Assembly: GCA_002069975.1 (NCBI GenBank)
Contig: MWCJ01000009.1
Coordinates: 848-64,847, forward strand
Source of the DNA: Bacteroidetes bacterium ADurb.Bin217
GTDB taxonomy: Bacteria > Bacteroidota > Bacteroidia > Bacteroidales > UBA1715
Direction of reading: 5' to 3'
Length of the DNA stretch: 64,000 bases
The notes beneath the pieces are model-generated. The model saw only the letters and a list, made by a program, of their open reading frames with translations. It made no database searches and was not told the origin of the DNA. Made by a program: the position numbers and the translations under genes. The stretch's first letter is position 1; each line of letters begins with the position of its first letter. This document shows, piece after piece, positions 36,467 to 46,433 of this stretch.

Positions 36467-39400
36467 TTATTGTTCATCAACATGTAAAACTAACGGAATG
36501 TCAATCTTAAATGTTGTACCAACGTCGAGTATACTTTCGCAATAAATATCGCCTTTGAGTTTTTGTGTAACTACATTATACACTATATTCATTCCTAACC
36601 CTGTGCCCGCTTGCATGTTGGTTGTAAAAAACGGATTAAATACTTTTTGAGCAACTTCGCTAGTCATTCCAACACCATTATCGGCGAAAATAAAATATAG
36701 TCTATTATTTTGTGTGCGTGCAGTAATAGTTAATAATCCGGATTCTTTGTTTTTAAATGCATGGAGGAGAGCATTTGATGTCATATTTGAAATAATTTGT
36801 GCGAACGCTCCCGGATAGCTGTTTAATTCAATTTCGGTAGGGCAATCAATAGTGTATTCAATAGATTTTTCTTTGAGTTTTGCTTCGTGATTTATTAATA
36901 TTTCGCCTATATATTCTTTTAAATTAAATGTTCGCATGGTGTCAGTCATTTCATCAACCGATACACGTTTAAAACTTTTAACTAAGTCGCCGGTTCGTTT
37001 TAAGTTAGATTGTATGAGTTGTACTGCCTGATTGATAGAATGTAAATAGCTGTCTAAATCGGATTGTTTCATTTTACGAGATGTAAACAATTCTAAAATA
37101 TCATCGGTTTTAGATTTAATAGACGTAGATGCTGCAATTCCAATACCTACCGGGGTATTAATTTCGTGAGAAACACCTGCTACTAAATTACCCAACGATG
37201 CCATTTTTTCAGATTCTATGAGTTTTTTCTGGGTAGTTTGTAAATCTTGCAATGCTTTTTCTACAGCATTTTTCTGAAGCTCTATTTCGTTGCGTTGTTG
37301 TATTGCAATGTCGCGTTGTTGTTCAATTTCTTTTGCTTGTATTTGAATTTCGTCGCGTTGTTCTCGTATTTTCTGTTCTGCAATTTTTTGAGCTGTTATA
37401 TCCGATTCTAAAACTATAATTTTATATAATTCGCCATCAATAATAATAGGTGTAAGCATACAAAGCATCCAAGCTTCATTGTTTGAAGTGAGTAATCGTT
37501 TTGTTTCGTATTGTATCGATTGCATTTGAGTGATACAATGTTGAATTTTTTCGCGTTCATCATCATCGTATGCAAAATTTAACATTGAATTTTTACGTTG
37601 ACTGTATAGTTGTTCAAATGATGAATTTACCCATTCAAAACTGGTGTCAGGTTTCAAAATTGCTACAGCATTTCCTGTTTTACTTGCAACAATCGATAAT
37701 TTCTCGAGCAATGTATTCATTTGCTCTAAATTTTCACGTTGCACAATAATTTCTTCCTGTTTTTGAAGAATTTCTGTGTTTTGTTGCGACAATTGTTTGA
37801 AATATTTTCTACGAGTTCTATAGCGTAACAAAAGGAGTAAAAGCATTATGAACATGCCTATAGCAACTATTAATAATGCTATTCGTGTAATTTTTAATAC
37901 GTTTTCTTTTTGTTTTAATAATTCTAATTCTTGTTCATATTTTTGTTTTTCGTGTTTTAGTAATTCTTCGGTTTTTTTCATTTGTGTTTGGAGAAGCGAA
38001 ATGTCTCCATCGGTAATTGCATGTTTTTCTTCTTCGTTGTACAATACATTAAAATCTTTTTGAAATGGTGATGCTATCGAAAAATATTTTTTGTAGTATT
38101 CTAATGCAAGCGGATAATTTTTAATAACCTTATAAATAAGTACCATAGCAAAATAATTTTTTGCCAATATATCGCTGCTTTTTTGTTTTAATGCAAAATC
38201 AATACTTTGCATATAATTATCTATAGCAGCATTATATTTTTGTTGAAGTCGGAGTACATTCCCAATATTGTAAAGTGCAATCGCGGCACCCCGTTCATCT
38301 AATAATTCTTGTTGCAATCCAAGTGAAATTTTATAGTGAATCATAGATTCTTCTAATTTTTGCATATCAAAGTATGCATTTCCTAAATTATTTTGATACG
38401 TAGCCAATCCTTTTTTGTCGTTTACTTTTGCCGCTGTTTGTATAGCTTTATTGTAATATTCTATAGCTTTTGTGAATTCTTGCAGTTGGTGATGCGATAC
38501 GCCAAGAGTATTATATGCTTCTGCTTTCTTTTTTGCATCTTTGCTTAATTCAAGTCCTTTTTGTAAATATTCTATTGCTTTTTCTTGATTGTTGTGTTGC
38601 AAATATACTTCAGCTAATTCTTGATATGTTTCTGAAACTCCTTCGGTATTTTTGTTTTTTTCATCTATCTCAATATTTTTTTCAAGATACTTAACCGCTT
38701 CATCTTGATACCATAAGTTGCTGTAAATGTTTGCAATTTCTTGTTGTTTGTTTTTTATCTCAGTTGTGTTTTGAGTTTTTTCAAGTAACGATAAATTTTG
38801 TTTGTGAGTTTCTATTGATTGTTGAATTTGCCCTGAATTGTATTGAGCGTCTGCTATATAGTCTAATCCAAGAATTTTGGTTTGAGTGTCCTTAGTTGTA
38901 TCAATTATAGCAATTGCTTTGTTGAAATTTTCTATTGATTTAGAATAATCACCTTGATTGTATACTGCTATGCCAATATTTATAAGTGAGTCGACCGAAA
39001 TTCCTTTGGATTGTGCTACAGGTTTTGCTGCAGGCTTTTGTTTAGGTTTTTCTATAACAGTTGGGATTTCTACAATTTTTTCAACTGTTTCAATTTTTTC
39101 CGGTTCAGGTTTCGTAAGTGTAATGTCCGGTTCTATCGTTTGTTCTATTGGCGGTTTCGGAGGGGTGTATGCAAATATTGGTTTTGAACTAATTGTTGAA
39201 TTAGTTCGCGATACCGATTCTAAAGGCATTTTTTCGAGTACGGTAAAAAGGTTTTTAGAATTACCTTGTTCGTCAACTTCGTCGGTTTGCAAATTTTGTC
39301 GAAATACTTTAAATGATCCTTTGTCTTGACGCATTGTTGAGTCACCTATAACAATTGGGTCGACTTCAATTACATTTGAAAAACTATAATCGCTGTAATA

Positions 39401-40954
39401 TTTTGAAAAAGTAAAAGGTTTTGAAAAGTAAACCATTTCATCGTATTCAATAGATGCAAAATAGTTGTTTTTAGAATGTAAATTAAAAGTGTAATATCCT
39501 GTTTTTCTGTTAGGTTTTGTAGAATCAGTTATGTCTTTTACTGTTAAATTAAATAAAGTTATAGGAATATTTTTCAATGTATCTCCTTGCTCGTTTACAA
39601 CTATACCTTTAATTATAATGTTAGGATATAATGTTTTGTCTAAAAATTCTACCATCATAAAGTCGTATTCGCCATTGGTAGATTTACACGGCGATGAATA
39701 ATAGGCTTTACCTCCGTCTATACTTGTTTTAAAAAACATATCATTTCGTGGAGTGTTAATAGGGTATCCAATATTAGCAACATTAAATGCAATACTGTCT
39801 GCTTTCAGTTCGCATCGGTATACATCAAATTCTCCTAACCCCTCGGGCCTGTTGCTGCTGAAGTATAGCAAATTGCTGTTTGCTTGTAAGTGAGGACTTT
39901 CTTCGAAATAGGGCGTGTTTACCGAACTTCCTAAATTTGTAGCTTTACCCCATTCTCCGTTTGCTTGTAATTTACACATATAAATATCTAAACCTCCGAA
40001 ACCTCCTTCGCGGTCGCTGGTAAAATATATGGTAGATCCATCGGCAGATATAGTAGCATGCGATTCATTAGCTAGGGAGTTTATGGGGGCAGGGAATTTT
40101 TTAGGTGCCGACCAAATAGCACTGTCAAGTAAGTCGCAGTAGTATATATTACCTCCATCGGGGTCTTCGCGGTACAATAAAAGTTGCTTACCGTTGGGGT
40201 GCATTCCTATACATGCTTCGCGACGAAGTGAATTAATATTTGTGCTAATTGATTTTGGTGACGACCATTGTCCATCTTTATAATAAATCATAAAAACATC
40301 GTCATTTAATGAACGATGTTCTATTTTGTAATTGTCTATGTTTTGGTTTTGTTCGGCAGTATATATGAAAATTGATTCGTCGGGGCTAAATAATGCACTG
40401 TGAAAAAATTTTGGTAATTGTGTGGCTGCATAAAAATTGGTGTGAATTACTTTAACCGGATTTTGTACGTAAGTAGGACCAGTTTTACACCATTGTATGT
40501 AAGCTTTGCATGGTTCGTAATTCGTATGATCCGATGGAATTACAGATAGATATCTATCAAAATATTCTTTTGCAACATCGTATTCATATTTATAATAGCG
40601 TTGTAGTGCATAATACCACAATGCATCAACCGGAGAGCCGTCTTGAGTATATCGCGATTTATATTTGAAATTTATATTTTGTATGGCTTTTTCTAAATAG
40701 GGTATGGGGTCTTTGTCGCTGTGTCCGCGAATAATAGCATACGCCATTTTAAAATTGTAATTAGCATTCGACGGATTTGCTGTTAGGAGTTGCTCTATCA
40801 AAGGGATAGATGCTTCATATTCTCGTTGAGAAAGTAATTTCTCTATAGAATTATATAATTGTTTGAGCGAACCTTCGTCTTGTGTAAATAAAGTTGCAGG
40901 AAGTATCATTCCCACAATAATAATAAGCATTGACAAGGTGGACTTACGCAACAT
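36467..40954 (-). CDS. Giant sensor histidine kinase: roughly 1000-aa extracytoplasmic TPR + PD40/TolB-like beta-propeller + TPR array, one TM, PAS-like region, HisKA, HATPase_c
   Basis: TM segment ALLIVAIGMFIMLLLLLL at about 37830-37890. H-box LVAGVSHEINTPVG. G-boxes in the C-terminus (DNGVGM, GTGLGM). The N-terminal part has repeated PD40-like 'S.D...IYF.S.R.GG.G..D.Y' blocks and many TPRs. Confidence 0.85.
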   Translation of the reverse strand: MLRKSTLSMLIIIVGMILPATLFTQDEGSLKQLYNSIEKLLSQREYEASIPLIEQLLTANPSNANYNFKMAYAIIRGHSDKDPIPYLEKAIQNINFKYKSRYTQDGSPVDALWYYALQRYYKYEYDVAKEYFDRYLSVIPSDHTNYEPCKAYIQWCKTGPTYVQNPVKVIHTNFYAATQLPKFFHSALFSPDESIFIYTAEQNQNIDNYKIEHRSLNDDVFMIYYKDGQWSSPKSISTNINSLRREACIGMHPNGKQLLLYREDPDGGNIYYCDLLDSAIWSAPKKFPAPINSLANESHATISADGSTIYFTSDREGGFGGLDIYMCKLQANGEWGKATNLGSSVNTPYFEESPHLQANSNLLYFSSNRPEGLGEFDVYRCELKADSIAFNVANIGYPINTPRNDMFFKTSIDGGKAYYSSPCKSTNGEYDFMMVEFLDKTLYPNIIIKGIVVNEQGDTLKNIPITLFNLTVKDITDSTKPNRKTGYYTFNLHSKNNYFASIEYDEMVYFSKPFTFSKYYSDYSFSNVIEVDPIVIGDSTMRQDKGSFKVFRQNLQTDEVDEQGNSKNLFTVLEKMPLESVSRTNSTISSKPIFAYTPPKPPIEQTIEPDITLTKPEPEKIETVEKIVEIPTVIEKPKQKPAAKPVAQSKGISVDSLINIGIAVYNQGDYSKSIENFNKAIAIIDTTKDTQTKILGLDYIADAQYNSGQIQQSIETHKQNLSLLEKTQNTTEIKNKQQEIANIYSNLWYQDEAVKYLEKNIEIDEKNKNTEGVSETYQELAEVYLQHNNQEKAIEYLQKGLELSKDAKKKAEAYNTLGVSHHQLQEFTKAIEYYNKAIQTAAKVNDKKGLATYQNNLGNAYFDMQKLEESMIHYKISLGLQQELLDERGAAIALYNIGNVLRLQQKYNAAIDNYMQSIDFALKQKSSDILAKNYFAMVLIYKVIKNYPLALEYYKKYFSIASPFQKDFNVLYNEEEKHAITDGDISLLQTQMKKTEELLKHEKQKYEQELELLKQKENVLKITRIALLIVAIGMFIMLLLLLLRYRTRRKYFKQLSQQNTEILQKQEEIIVQRENLEQMNTLLEKLSIVASKTGNAVAILKPDTSFEWVNSSFEQLYSQRKNSMLNFAYDDDEREKIQHCITQMQSIQYETKRLLTSNNEAWMLCMLTPIIIDGELYKIIVLESDITAQKIAEQKIREQRDEIQIQAKEIEQQRDIAIQQRNEIELQKNAVEKALQDLQTTQKKLIESEKMASLGNLVAGVSHEINTPVGIGIAASTSIKSKTDDILELFTSRKMKQSDLDSYLHSINQAVQLIQSNLKRTGDLVKSFKRVSVDEMTDTMRTFNLKEYIGEILINHEAKLKEKSIEYTIDCPTEIELNSYPGAFAQIISNMTSNALLHAFKNKESGLLTITARTQNNRLYFIFADNGVGMTSEVAQKVFNPFFTTNMQAGTGLGMNIVYNVVTQKLKGDIYCESILDVGTTFKIDIPLVLHVDEQ

Positions 40955-41021
40955 TATATTCTAAATATTAAAACCTTATGCGAATATACTACAAAATTGC
41001 GTAAAAGTATGTATAGTGGGG

Positions 41022-41669
41022 CTAAATTATGAAAATTAAGGTAAAAAATATACTTGTAGCTATTCCCGTAACAAAACCCACATATATTTGTAATGTATTG
41101 TGAGCCTTTAAAAACAAGCGTGATGTTCCTACCATTCCAGCTATAAGAAAACAATATGGAAGTATGGTCTGCGGTAGTGTATGTTGTGAATATGAAAGTA
41201 TTAAAATAACGCCTGTAAATCCACCTATTCCAATCATATGTAAACTTATTTTCCAAAAATATGTAATTATAAGGCTTATAAACATAAGCAATGAACAGAG
41301 TAAAATATAATACGATACCAATTGATACACTTCTATTTTTTGAAGGATTCGATACGACATTGCATAAATTATAGCGGTACTTAATACTATAAATATTCGT
41401 TGATGTTGTGAACTTACATGTTGTTTTAAAATTTTTATAATTATCATGTATAGCGGTATTGCAACTAATGGCATTATGTAAGTCAATAAACCTACAAATT
41501 TTAAATATTCATATGAATACGATACATTGAATGACGCGTAATATGGTAAGCTGAAAATTAATACATATGCTCCTAATATGCCATAAACTAATGGATGAAA
41601 TACTATAGAAACAAACCAAGACCAAATTCGAGCTATGGTATACAATGTCTTATGTGTAGTAGAATTCAT
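41022..41669 (-). CDS. Polytopic membrane protein, PAP2-like
   Basis: Six or more hydrophobic helices with SLHMIG and SRLFLKAHNTLQ resembling PAP2 motifs C2/C3. The final Asp is replaced by another residue. Confidence 0.45.
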   Translation of the reverse strand: MNSTTHKTLYTIARIWSWFVSIVFHPLVYGILGAYVLIFSLPYYASFNVSYSYEYLKFVGLLTYIMPLVAIPLYMIIIKILKQHVSSQHQRIFIVLSTAIIYAMSYRILQKIEVYQLVSYYILLCSLLMFISLIITYFWKISLHMIGIGGFTGVILILSYSQHTLPQTILPYCFLIAGMVGTSRLFLKAHNTLQIYVGFVTGIATSIFFTLIFII

Positions 41670-41781
41670 GAAAAATTGCTGTGTTCAATATATATTGTTT
41701 TGTATTACAAGTTATGACAAACATACGTTTTTTATACTATTACAGCAAATTACAGGGTAAAATTCTCCATACAAGTTCACG

Positions 41782-44700
41782 TTATTTTATATAATATGCT
41801 TTGCCTGGTATTAATTCAAAAATTGAATTTGAACTACCGTTGGGTTCCCAAAATCCTTCGAAATTCTTTATTATTGAACAGTTTGTAGTGTTAAAATAGG
41901 TAGAAAATGGTGAGGCTGTTTGATAAGGACACCCTATTAATTGCCATCCCATAGGGACTGAAAATGATTCGCCCGTACACGGTGTGCCTGAAATTTGTAG
42001 GGTAGCAGCTGTATTCATATATACCAAATAACCTTCGCCGGGTATTATTTTTTGTATGGAATTGAATTGTGTAGCGATATTTGGTTTCCAAAAGCCATGT
42101 GCATTTTTTACGGTTTGAACTTGTAATCCGTTAAAAACAGACGAAAAAGAACTATCGGTAGGATGTACGTTAATTGATAGTAAATTCCAACCTTGAGATA
42201 ACGAAATGGTTTGACTAACAATAGCTTGTTCTACAATTACTTGTATAGCTGTACGTGGGCTTTCGCAGCCTGATATTGATTGTGAAACATAATAGGTTGT
42301 TGCACCAAGTGTTGTAGTGCTTGGTGTTGGAGCTGAAGTATTTCCTGTTCCTCCCGTTTCAGTAGTATACCATTGTAGTCCTGTTCCGGACGCTGTAAGT
42401 GCTGTTGCTGTAACGTTTTGTTGATATGTTATAGGGCTCGAAACTATTGGAGCCTCAGGTATTTCGTTTACAGTAACTATAGTAGTACTTGCCGTGCTCG
42501 TGCAACCATTTACGGTAAGGGTAGCTGTGTATGTTCCTCCCATAGAGGTGGTTGCATTGGTTCTATTAATTGTGGGAGTTGTAGCTGTATAGCTGTTTGG
42601 CCCCGTCCATGTATACAAAGCTCCTGTTGTTGTAGGTATGCTGAGCGATATTGTTGCTCCTGCACAAAGAGTAGGGGTGGTATTTGTAATTGTAGGTGTA
42701 GCAACATTCGTAGTTGTAGTAGAAGCAATGGAATTGTACGAAGAAAAATTACCCGCAGCATCTTTTGCTCTTACGCGAACGGTGTATGAGGTATTGCATT
42801 GTAATCCGTTAATTGATATAGAATTTGTAGCAACTGTTGAATGAAGTGTTCCATTGAGTAATATTTCGTATCCTACAACTCCAACATTGTCGGTAGAAGC
42901 TGTCCATGTAGCAGTCAAAGAATTTTGTGTAACTGTACTGAACGAGATTGTTCCCGGTGTAGTAGGAGATTGACTGTCGGTGCAAGATAATGCAGGGTTA
43001 ACTACCGCCTGTATAGGAGTGCGAGCACAGGTATTTCCTACTTTAATTTTCCAATTGTAAAACAAAGAATACCAGGTGGTAGCCCAACCTTCGGCATTTG
43101 AAAACGAAATATAATTTGCTAATGAATACGGATACGTAGCCATGTCGGTTTGTAGGTATAGACTTACAGTTGTGCCAACAGCTTCAATAGTATACGTGCC
43201 GGGTGCTATTGTGAAGTTTACCGGAATAGCTTGCATACCTGCAGCTACATTAGTTGCTGTGTACGTGTGTACAACAGTAGTTCCTTGGAGAAGTCGTATG
43301 GTCACATTTCCTTGAGCTTGTAAATCTACAGATACACTTTCTAAGGTAATTGTTTGCAAAACGGTAACTATAGATTTGCTCGACAAATCGGTAAATGTAT
43401 TGGTATACCAACCATTGGATGATGATGCATCACGTGTGATTTTCCCTATAGTTGATGTAATTCCGCCTGCGTCTTGCACATAATAGGTGGTAGTATTTGT
43501 TATTGAAGGATTATATGTGTTGCTTGTTTGTAATAGTGTGCCGTTTGTGGGAGTCGAATACCATTGAAATGGTCCTCCGGTGCTTGTGATTTCTAATTGA
43601 GCAATACCTCCGGTTGCACACAATGTGTCGGCAGTATATTGCAATAATTTTGAAGTTATTGAAACTGTATCGGTTGCCGGAGAACAATTAGTCGCACTAA
43701 CGGAAACTGAATATGTTCCGGCTTGTGTTGCTGTATATGTTTTTGCAGTTGCTCCTGTAATTGTAGTTTCATTTTTGCTCCATGAATAGGTGTACCCTGA
43801 ACCTATAATTCCTGCATCAAGTACAGCCGATGTTTGAGCACACAATTCTATATCATTTCCTAATTCTATAAGAGGTAATGTTGCAGATAGTATTATTTCA
43901 TCGGATTTTGAACACGAAGCACTATCGCGAACAACTTTATATGTTGCTGCTGCTCCTGCAGCTGATGATATTGTGTAGGTTGGAGACGTTGCTCCTGTTA
44001 TTTGAACATTATTTTTGTACCATTTGTAGCTTACATTTGTAGCTGTTGTTGTATTTGATTGGAGGGTTATTGGGAATGTAGTTCCGCATATTGTTATGTC
44101 GGCTCCTGTATTTGGTTGAGAGCATCCCATACCACCTTGTGGCGTTCCTACTATGGTTCCACGTCCCGCAGTACTCATATATACAGTGCCGTAAGTATTC
44201 ATATCGCCTATAACAAATTGACCATTTGCCGTGCCACCATATTCATGAGCATCATCGTTGATGCGAACCCACGTAGCACCGGCGTCTATACTTCTGAAAA
44301 TACCTACAGTAGTTCCAACTTTACCCCATATGTAAACAGTTGGAAATGTTTTTCCCGAAGCTGCTTTTCCAAAACCTACCGCAGAACATTCGGCAACTGA
44401 AGTAATTTTAGTAAACGATGTTCCTGAATTTGTTGAACGATATAATCCATTGCCACCCGTTGGTGCCCAAATATCGCCCTCAACTCCGGGAACTGCTCTG
44501 ATTTTTTTCAAATCGGTAGTTGCTGTTGTGCCTGCTGCGGTAAATGAAGTCCCGGCATTGGTACTCACGTATATTCTATTGCCATTTGCAATATAGAATT
44601 TGTTGGCATTTACTCCATCTGCTACAGGGTATGCATTTGTTAAAGTTATGCCGGACACCGCAGTCCAAGCTCCACCTCTGTTGGTTGTTTTGTAAATGGT

Positions 44701-46305
44701 GCTCGAATTTTCTGGCCCCCATAAAACGGTTGCTCCATTTGCCGAAACGGCTGCTTTACCTTTATATAAAGTAGCATTGTTGGGTTTAGTAGCAAATGCA
44801 GTCCATGTACTTCCTTTATTAGTTGAATAATACATAGGAAAATTACTTCCGTCTGAAGTACCTCCTACGCGAACCATAAGAGAATTGTCGGCTGCAACAT
44901 CTATTCCTGTACTTGTTCCTATTTGTGGCGAATGTAGAGTTGGAAATGTTGTATGATCGGCATATACCGACCCATCGTAATCGCCAATAACGGTTACAAC
45001 CGGAGCACCCACAGAACTTACAATATCAAGTGGAACGGTTTCTTCTATGCCTTTTGCCATAAAACTCCAAGTAGATATAGAGGCACTTATATTTTCAGTC
45101 ATAAATATTCCATTTCCCGAGGTTACAAATACACGTTCGGTATTAAAGGGGTCTATAGTTAAACATCCTGCCCAGTGTATGGCGTGTCCATCTATCCATG
45201 GTATGCCGTTGTTGCTCATAGTTACTTTATTGCTACCTATTAAATCTGTCCATGCAGAGCCACCATTTGTAGAGACAAAAATTCTATCGCCCCAGCCCCA
45301 GGGTTGCTGCAAATATTTATTAATAGTTGAAACTATAACTCTATTAGAATTTGTAGGGTCTACTGTAATGCCGGCATATGCCGATGCTACAGAAGGTGTT
45401 ATGTTTGTCCAAACATTACCCGTAGGAACATATCGCCACACAGCACCCTGATCCATTGTTTCGCTTGCCGGATCCCAATGTCCGTGAGGTCCAACACCAT
45501 TTGCATATGTTATATACAAAGTCCCATTGCTTGCACGTGCTACACGCTGAGGTATAAAGTTGGTTGGTTGTCCGTTTACTGCAGTCCACGAATTACCAGC
45601 ATCGGTTGATACATATAAATTACTTGCTCCCATGCGCGAAAATCCAATATACATTCGTTGTGTTACACCTCCGGTAACCAAAGTTGTGTCGAATTGCACA
45701 AAGGTAATTCCATTGTCGTTGGGACTGGTAGTAAGCGGAAACGAAGACACTTTACTCCAGGTGGTTCCGCCATTTGTGCTTTTAAAAAGACCATCGCGAC
45801 GTGTTCCGCAAAACACAATATTGCTATTTTTAGGATCAACAGCTAATTTTTCACCAGTTTGTCGTCCCATTCCATTTCCGTGTGCTTTAAATTGTGTTGA
45901 CACATCAACTACGGTAAATGTTGCTCCATAATCGTTCGAAATTAATATGGCTGTTTTTCCATTGTTAAAATAACTGGTACCTGCCAACATATACACTTTT
46001 GCCGGATTATTTGGGTCAAGAGCTATACTTTCTATTCCTAACAGTCCTAATTCGTCGATACTGCTCCAGTCGTTGAGAGGTACCCATGTCTTAGATGCAT
46101 TACCCCAACGATATGCTCCGCCTACATCGGTGCGTGCGTATATTACATTTTGAGTTTTGGGATGAGCAATGACTGCCGATACAAAACCGCCTCCTCCAAG
46201 AGGTAAATTGCCCCATGTATAGGGCTCTGATGTTTGCGAAAAAACAGAAAAGTATATACTATTCAATGCAAACAAAACAATTAATTTTGCTTTATAAAAA
46301 TTCAT
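41782..46305 (-). CDS. Secreted GH74-like (xyloglucanase-type double beta-propeller) multidomain protein with Ig-like, CBM-like and FN3 modules and an unusual duplicated C-terminal module
   Basis: The N-terminus GGGGFVSAVIAHP...YARTDVGGAYRW plus about 9 Asp-box repeats (S.D.G.TW type) fits GH74. An FN3 module is present (TATWTASTDNVGVVGYEILLNG). I prefer the ATG at 46305 (MNFYKAKLIVLFAL..., signal-like) to the track start at 46350. Confidence 0.75.
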   Translation of the reverse strand: MNFYKAKLIVLFALNSIYFSVFSQTSEPYTWGNLPLGGGGFVSAVIAHPKTQNVIYARTDVGGAYRWGNASKTWVPLNDWSSIDELGLLGIESIALDPNNPAKVYMLAGTSYFNNGKTAILISNDYGATFTVVDVSTQFKAHGNGMGRQTGEKLAVDPKNSNIVFCGTRRDGLFKSTNGGTTWSKVSSFPLTTSPNDNGITFVQFDTTLVTGGVTQRMYIGFSRMGASNLYVSTDAGNSWTAVNGQPTNFIPQRVARASNGTLYITYANGVGPHGHWDPASETMDQGAVWRYVPTGNVWTNITPSVASAYAGITVDPTNSNRVIVSTINKYLQQPWGWGDRIFVSTNGGSAWTDLIGSNKVTMSNNGIPWIDGHAIHWAGCLTIDPFNTERVFVTSGNGIFMTENISASISTWSFMAKGIEETVPLDIVSSVGAPVVTVIGDYDGSVYADHTTFPTLHSPQIGTSTGIDVAADNSLMVRVGGTSDGSNFPMYYSTNKGSTWTAFATKPNNATLYKGKAAVSANGATVLWGPENSSTIYKTTNRGGAWTAVSGITLTNAYPVADGVNANKFYIANGNRIYVSTNAGTSFTAAGTTATTDLKKIRAVPGVEGDIWAPTGGNGLYRSTNSGTSFTKITSVAECSAVGFGKAASGKTFPTVYIWGKVGTTVGIFRSIDAGATWVRINDDAHEYGGTANGQFVIGDMNTYGTVYMSTAGRGTIVGTPQGGMGCSQPNTGADITICGTTFPITLQSNTTTATNVSYKWYKNNVQITGATSPTYTISSAAGAAATYKVVRDSASCSKSDEIILSATLPLIELGNDIELCAQTSAVLDAGIIGSGYTYSWSKNETTITGATAKTYTATQAGTYSVSVSATNCSPATDTVSITSKLLQYTADTLCATGGIAQLEITSTGGPFQWYSTPTNGTLLQTSNTYNPSITNTTTYYVQDAGGITSTIGKITRDASSSNGWYTNTFTDLSSKSIVTVLQTITLESVSVDLQAQGNVTIRLLQGTTVVHTYTATNVAAGMQAIPVNFTIAPGTYTIEAVGTTVSLYLQTDMATYPYSLANYISFSNAEGWATTWYSLFYNWKIKVGNTCARTPIQAVVNPALSCTDSQSPTTPGTISFSTVTQNSLTATWTASTDNVGVVGYEILLNGTLHSTVATNSISINGLQCNTSYTVRVRAKDAAGNFSSYNSIASTTTTNVATPTITNTTPTLCAGATISLSIPTTTGALYTWTGPNSYTATTPTINRTNATTSMGGTYTATLTVNGCTSTASTTIVTVNEIPEAPIVSSPITYQQNVTATALTASGTGLQWYTTETGGTGNTSAPTPSTTTLGATTYYVSQSISGCESPRTAIQVIVEQAIVSQTISLSQGWNLLSINVHPTDSSFSSVFNGLQVQTVKNAHGFWKPNIATQFNSIQKIIPGEGYLVYMNTAATLQISGTPCTGESFSVPMGWQLIGCPYQTASPFSTYFNTTNCSIIKNFEGFWEPNGSSNSIFELIPGKAYYIK

Positions 46306-46350
46306 AATAAAACAGTTTACGCATATAAAGTGTAAATGTAACACAAACAA

Positions 46351-46380
46351 AAAAACCTTGCAAATATTTGCAAGGTTTTT
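46351..46380 (-). terminator. Terminator: perfect 30-nt palindrome after the giant gene
   Basis: aaaaaccttgcaaat/atttgcaaggttttt, lying 54 nt downstream of the stop at 46434 on the minus strand. Confidence 0.75.
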
Positions 46381-46433
46381 TTGTTTGTAAACAATTAAAT
46401 TTCAGTCAATTGTTTTTATGTTCTCGTGCATGT

